Shown one piece after another: positions 43,208 to 58,621 of a stretch of 64,000 nt of DNA. The notes below the pieces were generated by a model, which worked only from the letters and a program-made list of their open reading frames with translations, was not told the DNA's origin and did not search any database. The position numbers were made by a program, and so were the translations under genes. The stretch lies in assembly GCF_009914755.1 (NCBI RefSeq), contig NC_060928.1; one strand, given 5' to 3'. Origin of the DNA: the human T2T-CHM13v2.0 reference genome, Homo sapiens. Every line of letters begins with the position of its first letter. Position 1 is the first letter of the stretch.

Positions 43208-43824
43208 GATTGAAGCGTTGGCAAACTTATTAGTTTCTACTTTTAACTACTTCAGTCTGATCTGACATGTTTCCAGAAGCCTGTGTTTTTTCCTAATCCA
43301 CTCAGTAAACTATGCAGCTCATGAGTATTTATGAGCTTATAAATATTTAAATGAAGAGTAGAGACATAATATTAGATGTACAGTCTGATTAAAGCCAAAA
43401 AAAAAAAAACATTTAAAAATACTGGAAGGAAGTAAATTTATTTTGATCCTATTAAAGTTGTGAAGAGGTGATACTTACGGACACTTTTCACCACTCATTT
43501 TTTTCAAATATTCTGTGGATATACTTCTCTTCATAATAAAAATTAGAATAAACATAAAAATTATGAGGCATCTGTCAAGAAGTTGATGTATCAACTGCCA
43601 TTACATAAAAATTAGTTTTGCTGTTATCCAGAAAATGTAAACATATTCATGAAATTTCTATTTTTACTGGAGATTTCTTTTTTAACCAGAAGTCCATGTT
43701 CATTATTTTTAAAATTAATGTATAAGTTTTAGTTTACAAGTATATAAAATTTTATGCAAAAAAGTAAATACATAAGCACAAATTAAAATTACCCATAATT
43801 ACACCACCTAAAAGAATAACTTCT

Positions 43825-44140
<316 letters not shown>

Positions 44141-44475
44141 TCAAGATGATGACAATGTATTATTGTTCTGTAAAATGCATTTTTCATTTAATTTACTATG
44201 AACACGTTTCCATTTCAATTAAAGAGGGTCTCCATCATCAATCTTAATGACAGTCTAGAATTCATTGTATAAATATTCCATAATCACTCTGCCCTACGCT
44301 TTAGTATTGAACAATTGGGTTTTTTGGATTTTTAATTGTTGATTTTTTTCGGTTTCGGTTGTTAACATAAACAACACTGCAATGAACATCCTCTCCATGC
44401 TTCTCATGGAAGTTCTCCAGTTGTTTGCTAAAGATAAGTTCCTACAAAAACAAATGGCAGTAAGAGATTTCTTCA

Positions 44476-44788
<313 letters not shown>

Positions 44789-45166
44789 AAGACGTAAATG
44801 TACTTTGAAGAAGTTGTGTGGAGCCTTCTTAGAAAATTCACATGACATAATGGGTGAGATCCTTATTCAGGGGCCCACATGCCACACAGCAAGGTGGGGA
44901 ACACCCAAGCCCACTGCACACCTGCGGAAGACTCCATCTAGACGGCCACTGAGACTTCAAACCCTTCCGTGGCTCCCTGGGGCCCTTGTGGTCAGGCCCC
45001 TCCCACCCCGTATCTCTTACAAAGGCCGCCACGCACCGGCACCTCACACAGCGTCCAGCACAAAGAACTTATAACATCCCCTCCAATACTGAGTGAATGA
45101 ATGAATGAGTGAGTGAATACATGCTACCTCAGAGTCCTCTGTGGCTGACCAGAAAAATGCCACCTA

Positions 45167-45448
<282 letters not shown>

Positions 45449-46449
45449 TCAGCCCTAGGGGCTCATGACCAAGGAAATCTCTCCCCAAATTGGGGCCTTC
45501 GGCCCAGGGAAAGGTCAAAGCAGTGTCTCGGGCCTGGGTCAACTGAATTCAGTAAACTCCAGACACAGAGCAAGCACAGCCCGCAGCCCAGGGCTTGTTC
45601 CCCGTCACTCCCACAAGACAGAGGAGACAGAGCTAAGGGTTGAAGCACATACATATTCAACCTGACATGCATACTGACATCAGTGTATGCTCCTGTCTCT
45701 CTCACTTTAATGAGATACAATAAAACACTGCCGGCCCCCAGCCAGGCCTCTGCAGCTCAGCTTCTTGGCAGAGCTGGCTTCTCTCTCCGTCTCCAGGACC
45801 ATGTCTCCCTCTCAGTCATTGACCCTCTCCTGCCTGGCCACAACTCCCCAACCCTCACCACCAGACAGCTCCTGCCAAGGTCACCAGTGCTCTCCTGGCC
45901 ACCGAACCCACCGGACAACGTTGTCCTCCCGCCCTGACTCCGTCACCCACTCCCAGACTCACGACCTCCTGCTCCCTCTCCCCAAGGCCACTTCCCATGG
46001 TTTCTATCTTCTTTATAGACTGTCTTGCTCTGGCTCTCATTGAAGCCTGGAGTTTCCAAGGCTCGGGCCTCTTCTCACTCTATATCCTCTCCCAGGCAGC
46101 CAGGTCCTCCCCGACGGTATCAACCCCACATATGCAGCAGATCTTAAACACACGCCTCAGCCCTGGCTTCTCTCTGAGCTCCACAATCACAGAACCAGCT
46201 GGCTGCCTGACACCTCTGCTTGGATCTCGGAGGGACCACAGCCTCTCCACGTACAAACCTGAACTTAATCTTCAGTTCACCCCCAGCCCTGTCTTGTCCA
46301 GCCTTCCTACGGGGGAGTGTCAGAAAGGACACAGGCTCAACACAGTGGGCCGGGTGACAGTGAGGAACCACACCAAAAAAAGTATGCAGAGGAAGTGTCA
46401 GCCCCAGGTCATCCACTCTGGCTTTTTCTGGATGCTCCAGTGAAGGCAC

Positions 46450-46880
46450 TGTCCTGGTTGAATAGCAGGCCCCCAAGACCCATGGCCTTCCTGGAACTTC
46501 AGAATGGGACCTTATTTGGAAAGAGGGTAACTGCAGGTGCAATTAGTTAAGATGAGGTCATCCTGGAGCAGGGTGGGCCCTTATGACTGGTGTCCTTATG
46601 AGAGGAGAAGAGAGACACAGAGGGGAAGGCCGTGTAAGGACGGAGGCAGAGGCTGGAGGGACACAGCCTCAAGCCAAGGAACTCAAGGTCAGCCAGCAAC
46701 ACCAGCATCAGGAAGAGGCTGGGAAAGATCCTCTTCCACAGCCTTAGGGGGAAGTGTGGGCATGCAGACACCTTGATTTCAATCTCCTGGCCTCCAGAAC
46801 TGTATAGGAACACATTTCTGTCATGTTAAGCCATGAAGTTTGAGATTATTTGTTGCGGCAGCTGCAAGGAAACAGATGCA
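46450..46880. mobile_element. MLT1B/C-like LTR
   Basis: cagaatgggaccttatttggaaagagg...gcagacaccttgatttcaatctcctggcctccagaactgt. Confidence 0.75.
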
Positions 46881-48719
46881 AAGGCTCCTCCTGCTCAGCT
46901 CACTCACGTAGCAAGTTACATTTCAGTGGATTACAATCCAAAGCTCTTACTTCTAAATCATAAACCTTGATTTCAGACACAGACTGCCACAGCAGAGAAT
47001 TCGGGTGAAGGGCCCTCTTCTGATAGCAGAGAGAAGCAGGCTAAAATCCCGCCCACCCCCCAACCCTGACCATATGACCATGGGCAGGTTGGGCCACCTC
47101 TCTGACTCAACTTCTGTCTCTGTAAAATATGGACAATAGGAAGACTTTAGAACCAACTCTGTCTAACTGTTGAGGAGCTTTAGAGCAACCATGAGAAGAA
47201 TTTGGTACAGTGCCTAGCATATCGCAAGCCTGCCATCAGTGTTCACTGCCACTGTTAATCTCTTCTAGCCCCTAGGTAACACGAGGCTATTTTATTTTAA
47301 AAGAAGACCACTAAAAACTGAAAAAAATAACATAGAGATGAGAGAAGAAAGGAAATGGTACTCCTAGATTCCAGACTGAGAGGTTTTCCAGCCACATACC
47401 ACGGTGCTACAGTTCTGATGTGGAATTTCCATCACTTGCAACCAAAATAATCCTAATTGACATGGAGTTCAGGAAAGAACAAAAAACGTGCCAGAGGTAT
47501 CACCTCTCTCTTATGTGCTAGTTGTGAGCTAGGTACTAATTTGTACTTAAGAGCTCTCTGAGGCACCTTTCTTTGGAAGACAAAAGGCTGTTTCCATCTG
47601 CCAGGATGATATCCTGGCCCCTGCAATGGGTGCTCCATGCAGTTTCTCCTAAGCAGCTGCTGAATGTGCCCACTGCTCCCCCTGGTGATGATCCACCAGC
47701 ATCTACCTGCTTGGGCCAAATCCCAAATCCCGAGTGTTGCAATTTCCAAATGGGTAGGAGCACTGTCCCTTCCACAGGAGGAATCTTTAAACATGCTGAA
47801 AACACCACTGCCAATGTAGATGCCAACCCCAAAGCAAAAATCATTATGCAGAAGGAGTTTATTCATTTAATTCACTCAAGCACGCTTTCATTAACTCAAC
47901 ACATGCTGAGCTGAGCGCTATCAGTGGGTGCTGAGAAACATTAGAGAGCAAAAGAGACCAGCCGCCCTGCCCTAGGGGCTTCTATTCTGCTAGTGGGCGG
48001 AGCAGGCAATAAACATAATAAATAAGCAGACATTGTAGTGATTGAGAGTGATTTGTGCTATGAGGGGGAAAAAAAACAATAACAACATCAAAGCAAAGGA
48101 AATCGGTAGGGGCAGTGGAGGGTGTTGCAAACCAACAGTTTGTCCATCACGGGTAAGGGAGGGTTCTTGTCTGCCCCTCAGTATCAGCTTTGCAGTGAAG
48201 CCCCCGCCACTGCCTTCCACTAGCTCCCCACAAAAGACAGCACCGTCGCGAGCAAGACATCTCCAGGATCCCAAATTCTCCACCTGGAAGAGCACCAATT
48301 CCCCCTTGTCCTAGTAAGTGAGACAGAGGGCTTCTGCCCCAGTCATCACAAGAAAGTTTCCTAGAAAATATTCTCAAACAGCAGAGATGGCATCTAGAAA
48401 CGGACGGAGGGCCAATGCAGAACACATTCCGGAGCCAGCATGAGAGTCCTGAGGCCCCAGAGGTTAAGACACTGGCCACGCTCACGTAGCAAGAGGCAGG
48501 CACACTCACAGTTCACTGACTTTACTCCTGGATCACAAGCTGAGCTCTTAGTGATCCTATCTCGCTGCCCTTGGGATGCTGATGAAATCTCAAGCTTCCT
48601 GGAACTGCTCACCTGACCATATGGAACATCCCTCAGCTTCCTTCCCGCATCCATTTCCCCTTCTCCCATACGCCCAGTCTCAGCATGTGCAGTAGGAAAG
48701 GGGTGGAACGAACATCACT

Positions 48720-49142
48720 GCAAGTTCCCAGGGCAGTCCCCAATTGGCTCATGCCACCCAAATGTCCCTGTCCCAACAGTAATTGCTTCAGGGATGGATG
48801 CACAATCCAATCAGAACCAATGGCCAGAAGTAGGCAGCACCAGGATCCTCCTGTTTTTCTTTAGGAGCTAAGAAAGGGACTCTGGGCTGTGTGGTGTGAG
48901 AATGTGGGACCTGGCACAGTGGTGGCATCCCCCCAGCACAGCATGAGAGCCCACAGCCTGGGAATGACACAGCAGGAGGCAGAGCAGAGCCCAAGAACCT
49001 GGGATCCTGGATGACATCGTTAGTGCACCTGGAGCTGCACCTACAGCAAATCCCATGACTTCAGTTGGGGGAGCCAACAGACACCCATGGCCTAAGCTGG
49101 TTTGATGGAATTTCTGTCACTTGCGACCAAAAGAATCACAAT
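48720..49142. mobile_element. Old MLT1 (K/L-like) LTR fragment
   Basis: ccaatcagaacc, ctggatgacatcgttagtgcacctgga, end tttctgtcacttgcgaccaaaagaatc. Confidence 0.55.
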
Positions 49143-49579
49143 CAACAGAGTTCAGGGAAGAACGACAAACTTGATGTTGGCTATCACTCCTCTCTTAATG
49201 CTAGCGTGAGCTAGGTACTCATTTGTACTTAAGAGACACTCTCTGAGTCTTTAAAAGATCCTCAAAGTGGACATCATTTACCCCAAGTTACACACAAACT
49301 TGAGGCCCAGAAAGGGGAATGTGCTAACACTCTAGTTAGCAGCAGAACCATGACTCAAGTGCAGATTGTCCTCTCCAAGCCCTCCCTGTCCCCTCTGCCC
49401 CAAAGGAACAGAGTCCGGTTGTTTCTAAGCAGTCAAGTCCACCAGGAAATGTATCTTAGTGAAAACAAGCCCACTGACCCATGACTGATTTGGTGAGCTC
49501 CACTTTATTGCAAAGTTTGGGGGAATCAAAGACTGAAGCAGAGGCCACTACCTCAACATCAATTCTCATTCTTGGTACC

Positions 49580-50318
<739 letters not shown>

Positions 50319-50374
50319 GCACCACACCAGGGTTTCTCAGAAGCCACAGGCCACGCAGTATGGGCTCCAGGATC

Positions 50375-50772
50375 ACTTTAAACTAGAACATCACTGTCCC
50401 ATGTTGACCATGATCACCTTAAACTAGAGTGTCACCGCCTCATGTTGACCGTAACCACCTTAAACTAGAGCGTCACTGCCCCACGTTGACCATGACCGCC
50501 TTAGAATGTCAAAACGCCATGTTGACCGTGACTGCCTTAAACTAGAGCATCGCCGCCCCAGGTTGACCATAACCACCTTAAACTAGAGTGTCACTCCCCA
50601 TGTTGACCATAACCACCTTAAACTAGAACATCACTGTCCCATGTTGACCATGACGCCCTTAGAGTGTCAAAACCCCACGTTGACCATGACGTCCTTAGAG
50701 TGTCAAAACCCCACGTTGACCATGACTGCCTTAAACTAGAGCATCGCCACCCCAGGTTGACCATAACCACCT
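50375..50772. repeat. ~41-bp diverged minisatellite (~10 copies, some ~35-bp variants lacking aaacta)
   Basis: ccttaaactagagtgtcactgccccatgttgaccat(g/a)acca units. Confidence 0.9.
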
Positions 50773-50894
50773 TTTCTTCTTGACTTTTACTAAGATGCAT
50801 CCTAATGTGTAGACACAAGTCCAAAAGCCTTCTTGCATTTCTAATCCAATCCAGCTGACAAAGAAATGAAACCAGCAGCCCATCTTCTGAATGT

Positions 50895-50909
50895 GTTGCC
50901 ATGGGCAAC
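50895..50909. promoter_or_regulatory. RFX X-box GTTGCCATGGGCAAC
   Basis: Matches GTNRCC(N0-3)RGYAAC with both half-sites intact. Confidence 0.5.
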
Positions 50910-53900
50910 AGGTTTGCTTAAGGAGTGACATTTATCAGACAGGGTGTGGGTGAATAGGAGAAATGAACGTTTGATTTTTTCACTCCTTCTCCTAAGTGGA
51001 CCATTTTGGGTGAAAACCATCCACACAATGAGATACCTGAATGGGGGAGATTTTTGTTTGGCACTGAAATGGAAACGGAGCCTTTGTGATACTGGATCCC
51101 TGGCACATTTTAAATTAAGCTCAAACCGTCTCTTGTGCAAATACACAGAGTTTTTCTTCCCCCATTTTACTTCTCTTACATATACATTTTTCCTATAACA
51201 GAAGAACACATTTTACAAGTATCCTATTACAGAAACTATAAGCTGCTACATGCTTTAGCTCACTTGCTTGTTTAATTCTAACTCTCGGCAGATATGGGAA
51301 TACCCCCATTTTATAGGTGAGGTGCTAGAGGCTTGGAGACAGTAACCACCTGTCCCAGGGTCACATGGCAAACAAATGGGGAGCCCAGAATCACTCAGGG
51401 CAGCCTCTCTCCAAAGGCTTCTCTTCCCACCATGTGATGACAGCTCCCCTGAACACAAACCCATGAACATACGTGATAGAGAAAAGGGGCTGGAGACTGT
51501 TCCTGAGGACTCAGTATTGGTGTGCTTGCACTGTCTATAAATCAGAAATTTTAAACTGACACACAGCTCTTCTGCCATTCTTGGCACAGTATGGGGTTAA
51601 GGCATGAACTGGTGGTTTGTCACCAACTGTGGGACCCAGGCTATAGCTGGATGAGGACTTTAAAAGGGTGCCTTGTCACCTGCCTCCAGTCCCAAAATCT
51701 CTTCCAGCATCTCATCTCCCGCAGAGGGCCCCCAGCCCCAGTTTACACTCTCCCCATGCTGGGACACTCACTACCTCTCCAGGAGGTTCTTAGTTTCTAA
51801 GAACCTTTGGAATCTCAGAGTCTTTCCAACATTGAGGGTGCGGAATAAATGAATATATCATCAAATCATCAGGACTTTTTAAAAGGTAAGGAAAAGAAAA
51901 GAGAGAACTCCCTTCTACCCCAGCAACACCCTCAGTGCCTTTCACTGGGTGTCCCGCCCCCTCCCTCCCAGCCGTCCTCACCTGAAGAGCACACTCCAGG
52001 TGTGGTGGAATCCCGGCCAGCCCACAGCCTGCATGCAGAGGAGCCCTGTACTGTCAGTGAGAGGGGGCCAGTGTGGGTACAGGCACTTCAGCTCTCTGAA
52101 GTCATTCACTTTCCCTAGATCTCCTTCCTGTGCTACAAAATGAGACACTGGGCGAAGAACCATTTCCTGCCAATGGGCTTGTGTACCGATGCCCAGAGGA
52201 AACTGGAGCACCACCCACCTGCAGCCGCAGGCTCCCCTCCCCATGGCCACACCCCCTTCCTGCTCCTCTGGGAATGCACGGGGCTTGGCAGAGGTGGGTT
52301 TTAAGCCATTGAGAGAACATTGTTGGTTCTGCCCAGCTATGAAAGTCTATAGGAGGAAAAGATAGAATATAAGCAAAATACCCTTCGTCGTTATTCTGTC
52401 ACTGAAGCTCTCAGTGCACAGCATAGTGAGGTCTGCAGGGAAGCATGGCCCCTTCTAAGAGGGTCCTTGACCCCAAGTCATTGGAAGGCAGAGAATAGAA
52501 AACCTTTTCAGTGTTCATGCAGACCCACTATATCGGTCATCATCACATGCATGGGAGATAGAAACAGAAACGCATTCCTGGAAATCATTCCCCCAGATTC
52601 AGGTGCAGGGGCCTCGATTCTACCTGTGATGCTTCATCTACTGTGTGGTGGGCACAAGGTGTTTGCTTGTGATCTCATCTATACCTTTTGCCAGAAATAG
52701 TTCACACTTTTAGAACTCCTATTAAAAGTAAGAAAATAAAGTCTCCAGTACTTGACAACAGGATTCCATTATATTTTCATTTTGTATTTTACTGGGAATC
52801 CAAGTATCACATATCATCATGGCTATTTTAGAGATATGGTTAAAATGATCACATCATGCCCCATTACTTCCAAACCTTTGCCAGTGTTTCTCCCTCTGCA
52901 TAGGATCACCTAACAAACTCCTATGCATCCTTCAAAACCCAGCTCACACCTCACTTCCTCTGTGAAATGACTCCTGCATCTACCCACAGAAGTGATCACA
53001 TCCTCTTCTTTGTTGCTGCCTCTTTGGCTTGCATGGTCCTATTACCAAACCGTCCTGCTCACACTAGAATAATCTGCTCACACTCCAGTTAACTGTAAGC
53101 GCTTTGCTGCCTGGAATCGTGTCTTATTTTTCTCTATAACTCAGTAAATAAATATTCAACTGAGGGGGAGCTCTCCTGCCCAGGGCTATATGTGTTCTTG
53201 GGCCATTCTGACTGACAGCAAATTTCATGGCCATGGATGACTATAAACAGTGTCCAGCTCCCATTAAACTGATTGTTTACTATTAACATGCAGCAATTAG
53301 CAGCGAGTCCAGATCATGTGCTGCTTCCAAGGCTGATAACCAACCCAACGAGATGTCCCAAAAAGACAGCTTCAGAAACAATCACTCAAATTCTTATGCA
53401 AAACAGTCACCTCATAAAGGTCAGCAGTCTCTTGAAGTTCAGGGTCCTGAACCAGACACCTCCTGTATTACAATGAATGATGTCCACCTGTACAGGGAGG
53501 TGTGGCTGCCGTGCCCTGAAAAGTATCCTGTCTCCAGAGAGGAATGATGCTTACTTGGGAAGAGGTCACTTTCCTCAAAGAAGGAGCCAGGTTTGCCCGT
53601 GGTAGGAGTCGGTGGGGAACAAGTCCTGGCCCAGTGCCTCTGCCCACCACCACTCAATGTGTCTGGTCAACCTGTGTGCAGGGCTCCAGAGTCCCACCTG
53701 CCCAGGAGGCTGCAAGTTCCCTCTTTTCTGCCACCCTGGCTCGGCTGGGCAGTCCCCAGATGTCCTGCCCTTCACCTCCCAAGCAGAGATCACATGGGAG
53801 CGGGTGTCACCTGTCACCCCAGTAGACTGCGAGCTCCCTGCAGATGGCCAGGCAGGGTTTTAGCCATGGCCCCCCAGGACTCCCCCGAGAGGCTGGCCCA

Positions 53901-54505
53901 GCAGGCATCTATATAGGGAACATGCATCGAACACATGCCACTGTCAGTTCATGAGTTTTAAAAACAACCATTATGGTTTTATAAAAGCATAAAATAAAAT
54001 CTCAAACAATCTGTGCTAGCCCTGGGTCTAGCTCACAGCAGGTGCTCACCAAATGGAGTGCCCGGAAAATATATAGCCTCTCTTCCGTAATTTTCTGGCA
54101 AAAAAAGAAAGAAAACACTCTCCTTTATCTCCCAGCTGCCTGAAGCTTGATGCAAAAGGGCCACTGAGAAGGCCAGAAATGGGCCACTCCTACCCAACTG
54201 ACAGGAGGAATCGTGCTAAGAAAACAGCCTGGCCCCAGTGAGAGGGCTTGGCAGACAGGCATGGGAGTAAACAAACCTACCAACCTCCGGGGCCCCTGGG
54301 GTCTCAGGAACTGCGGGCACCCAGCCTAGGCTGGTCCATCGGCCCCTGTTCTCCTAGTTGAGATCCTGAGGCCCAAGGCCTTAAGCTGTGCCTTGATTCC
54401 TCCTACCTTGTCAAACTAGTTCCCAACAGTGGCACTCTTTCAAAAATAAAGTTTTAACTCTTATTAGGAAAGGAATGCAGATCCATTATAGAAAATGAAA
54501 AATAC

Positions 54506-54775
<270 letters not shown>

Positions 54776-54790
<15 letters not shown>

Positions 54791-55220
54791 TAGAAGAAAG
54801 ATAAAAAGGAAGAGGGAGGGAAGGGACAGAGGGAGGGAGGAAGGAAGGAAAGAAGGAAAGTGGAAGGAAGGGGGAGTGGGGGAGGGAGGAAGGGGAGAGA
54901 GAGGAAGGGAAAGAAAAGAAAGAGGGAAATGAAAGAAAAAGAAAGGAGCAAAGGAAGGAAGAAGGGAAGGAAAGGAAGAAGAAAGGAAGGGAGGAGGGAA
55001 ATAGAAGAAAGAAGGAAAGAAAAGAAAGGAAAGGAGCGAAGGAAAAAGGGAAGGAAAGGAAGAAAGGAAGGAAGGGAGGGAGGGAGGGAGAGAGGGAAGA
55101 AAGGAAGGGGAAAGAGAGAGACAGCGAAAGAAAGAAAGGAAGGGAGGAAGAAAGGAAAGAAAGAAGAAAGGAAGGAAGGAAAATTAAAAATACAACAAAG
55201 AACAGAGAAGGAAACAGAAA
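54776..55220. repeat. GA-rich polypurine low-complexity tract from an Alu tail
   Basis: (GGAA)/(GAAA)-rich. Confidence 0.9.
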
Positions 55221-56476
55221 GCCCCCATGATGTCAGGATCCAGAGGCAGCCCCTGCCAACCTGTCACCTGCTTCCCCTCATTCTACTTCTGCAAGACAGA
55301 GTCCTGTTTGCAGCCATACATCCTGTTTTTTAACCTTCTGTGTTCACTTTCCCAAGTCCCTGTAGCTTGTCATAAATGCCTGAGTCATTGTCCTGACTCA
55401 GAAACTCGAGGCAGCAAACGCGGATGCAATAGACCACTGGCAGAACACACACGGTGCCATCTGATGTGTACGTAAGATTTGTGCATGCTTTTGCACATTT
55501 CCTTCGGTAGACTCCTGGAAGTGGAATTAGCACACTAAAGGGCAGGAGCGTGCATAAAGCTGTTGTTTGCACAGAGGCGGGGGGCGTCTGCTATGCACCA
55601 CACTGCACAGGCTCTGGGCTTTCACAGTGAACAAGACAGACTCAGTCCCTGTCCTTACAGAACTTGGATCCTAGTAGGGGAAAACACACAAGAAATAATC
55701 AAAGAGAGAGAGAGAAAAATATCAGATGAGAAGTGCTGTGGCAAGGATGGGAAAAGGTGGCATATAACTGAGTGACTCGGGGCTGGCCTAGATGATGCTC
55801 AGGCAGGCCTCCCTGAACAAGGGACACTGAGGTGGGAGCTACTCAGTGAGAAAGAACCAGCGGTGCAAAGATCGGGGCTGGAGCGCTCCCGGCCAAGGAC
55901 ACAGGAGTGCCTGTGCAAGGGCCCTGGGGCTGAGAACAACCTGCCAAAGGCACCTGCTGTCTTCTCTTTTGACACTTAAATTACACCCTACCTTTAAAAA
56001 AAAATCCTGGCTAATTTGATTGGGTATGATAGCATCCTGCTGTTTTAATTTGCATTTCATGACCGGTGAGGTTAAACTAATTTTTATATTTAATAGGCAT
56101 TGCTTTTCTTTGTGAACTGTGTGTTCCCATGCCTTGACTAATTATAAATTCCCATTGTTCCTCTTGTAAACTTGACAAACTTTTTATACACTGAGGATGT
56201 TAACCCTCTGCCACATTGTTTAAAGACTGTTTCCCAGGCTATATCTTCACTCTCCATTTTTCTAAAGGCCTGCATGCCATCTGTGCATCAAATACTCTGT
56301 TGAGGAAACTGGGGGTAAAATAATATTTGTCATTATCATTATAACAAATTCATTTTCAGATCCCATTGGACATTGCTTTTAATCCTGTATCATTCAGAAT
56401 TGAGTTTTGAAAGAGGATCCATGGCCTGAGGCTGAGTATAAAATTCCCACATAACTTTTACCCTGTAAAATGGGAG

Positions 56477-57433
56477 TACGGGTTGAGTATCCCTTATCTG
56501 AAATGTTTGGGACCAGAAGTGTTACAGATTTGAGGGTTTTTGGATTTTGGAATATTTGCACATACATAGTGAGATATCTTGGGGATGGGACCCAAGTCTA
56601 AACATGAAATCCATTTATGTTTCACATACACTTATACATATAGCTGAAAGGTAATTTTATACAATATTTTTAATAATTTTGTACATGAAACAAAAGTCTG
56701 TGTACATTGAAACATCGGAAGGCAAAGTTCTCACTGTCTCAGCCACCCAAGTTGACAGTCTGGGGTTGTTTGGCATCACCATCATTCCTGACAATGAATG
56801 TATTTATTTATTCAAGACAGACTCTCTCTCTGTCACCCAGGCTGGAGTGCAGGGGCATGATCGTAAGTCACAGTAGCCTCAATCTGCTGGCTTCAAGCAA
56901 TCCTCCCACCTGGGCCTCCTGAGTAGCTGGGACTACAGGGGTATGCCACCATGTCCGGCTAATTTTTAAATTTTTTGTAGAGGCAAGACCTCACTGCCCA
57001 GGATGGTCTCAAACTCTCAGCCTCAAGCAATCCTCCCACCTCAGCCTCCTGATGTATTGGGATTACAGTCATGAGCCATCTCGCCCCGTTCTGACTCTGA
57101 ATTTATATGCTACCAATAAGTAATCACTTCTTACACTTATTCACACATACCACTGATACAGTGGAGAAGATAATGTGCTCATGGTAACATGTGAGCTTGC
57201 TTGCATGGGGAGTCTGGGTGTGTATGGAAGCTCTATCACAGCTGATGGGGGCTAGGGGGATCTTTTTTCCCCTTGGGTATGCTAAATACACTGCGTTGTA
57301 CACCTGCATTTTGACTGCGATCTGTCACAGGAGGTTGGGTGTGCAATTTTCCACTTGTGACTTCATGTTGGCACTCACAGAGTTTCAGATTTTGGAGCAT
57401 TTGGGACTTTGGATTAGGGATGCTCAACCTATT
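56477..57433. mobile_element. Tigger4/MER46-like DNA transposon interrupted by an Alu
   Basis: tacgggttgagtatcccttatctgaaatg ... gggatgctcaacctat; homologous to 36429-36795. Confidence 0.8.
56800..57089 (-). mobile_element. Alu (J-like) inside Tigger4
   Basis: Reverse dimer. Confidence 0.9.
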
Positions 57434-57926
57434 TCTATACCACCTTTGGAAAACTCCATAAGGATGGGGGAAGCTTTACAGATCACTTCCCCATTTTGCA
57501 ACAAAAAATGCAATAAGAAGCGTTCATTCTCATCATCATTTGACAAATGGTGTGAGTCAACCATTCCATGGGAAAAGCCAGGCCCACGCTTCCTTAGGCA
57601 GCTTGGAGAAACGCAATCTGGTTCCCTTGATCAAAAGCACCCAAGACCAGGATGTCAGGTTTTTGTCTGGCTTTGAATATTTCAGAGGTAGTGAAAGCTC
57701 TCTCCGTGGAACCGGAAAGAATAATTAAAATGCAATGCCCTTTATGGCTCACTTACATTGTGGGACAGATTAGCGGTAACTGTGACTTGAATCAGAGATA
57801 ACAAAAGTGTAGTGTCGAGTTTGGAGTTCGAGAACATGGTTCTGATACGCATGAGTCTGGTTTAACAAGGTGCTGTCCAAAACCACGCCTGCCTGAGCAC
57901 ACTTTACACAACTACCACCCAGGTCA

Positions 57927-58621
<695 letters not shown>

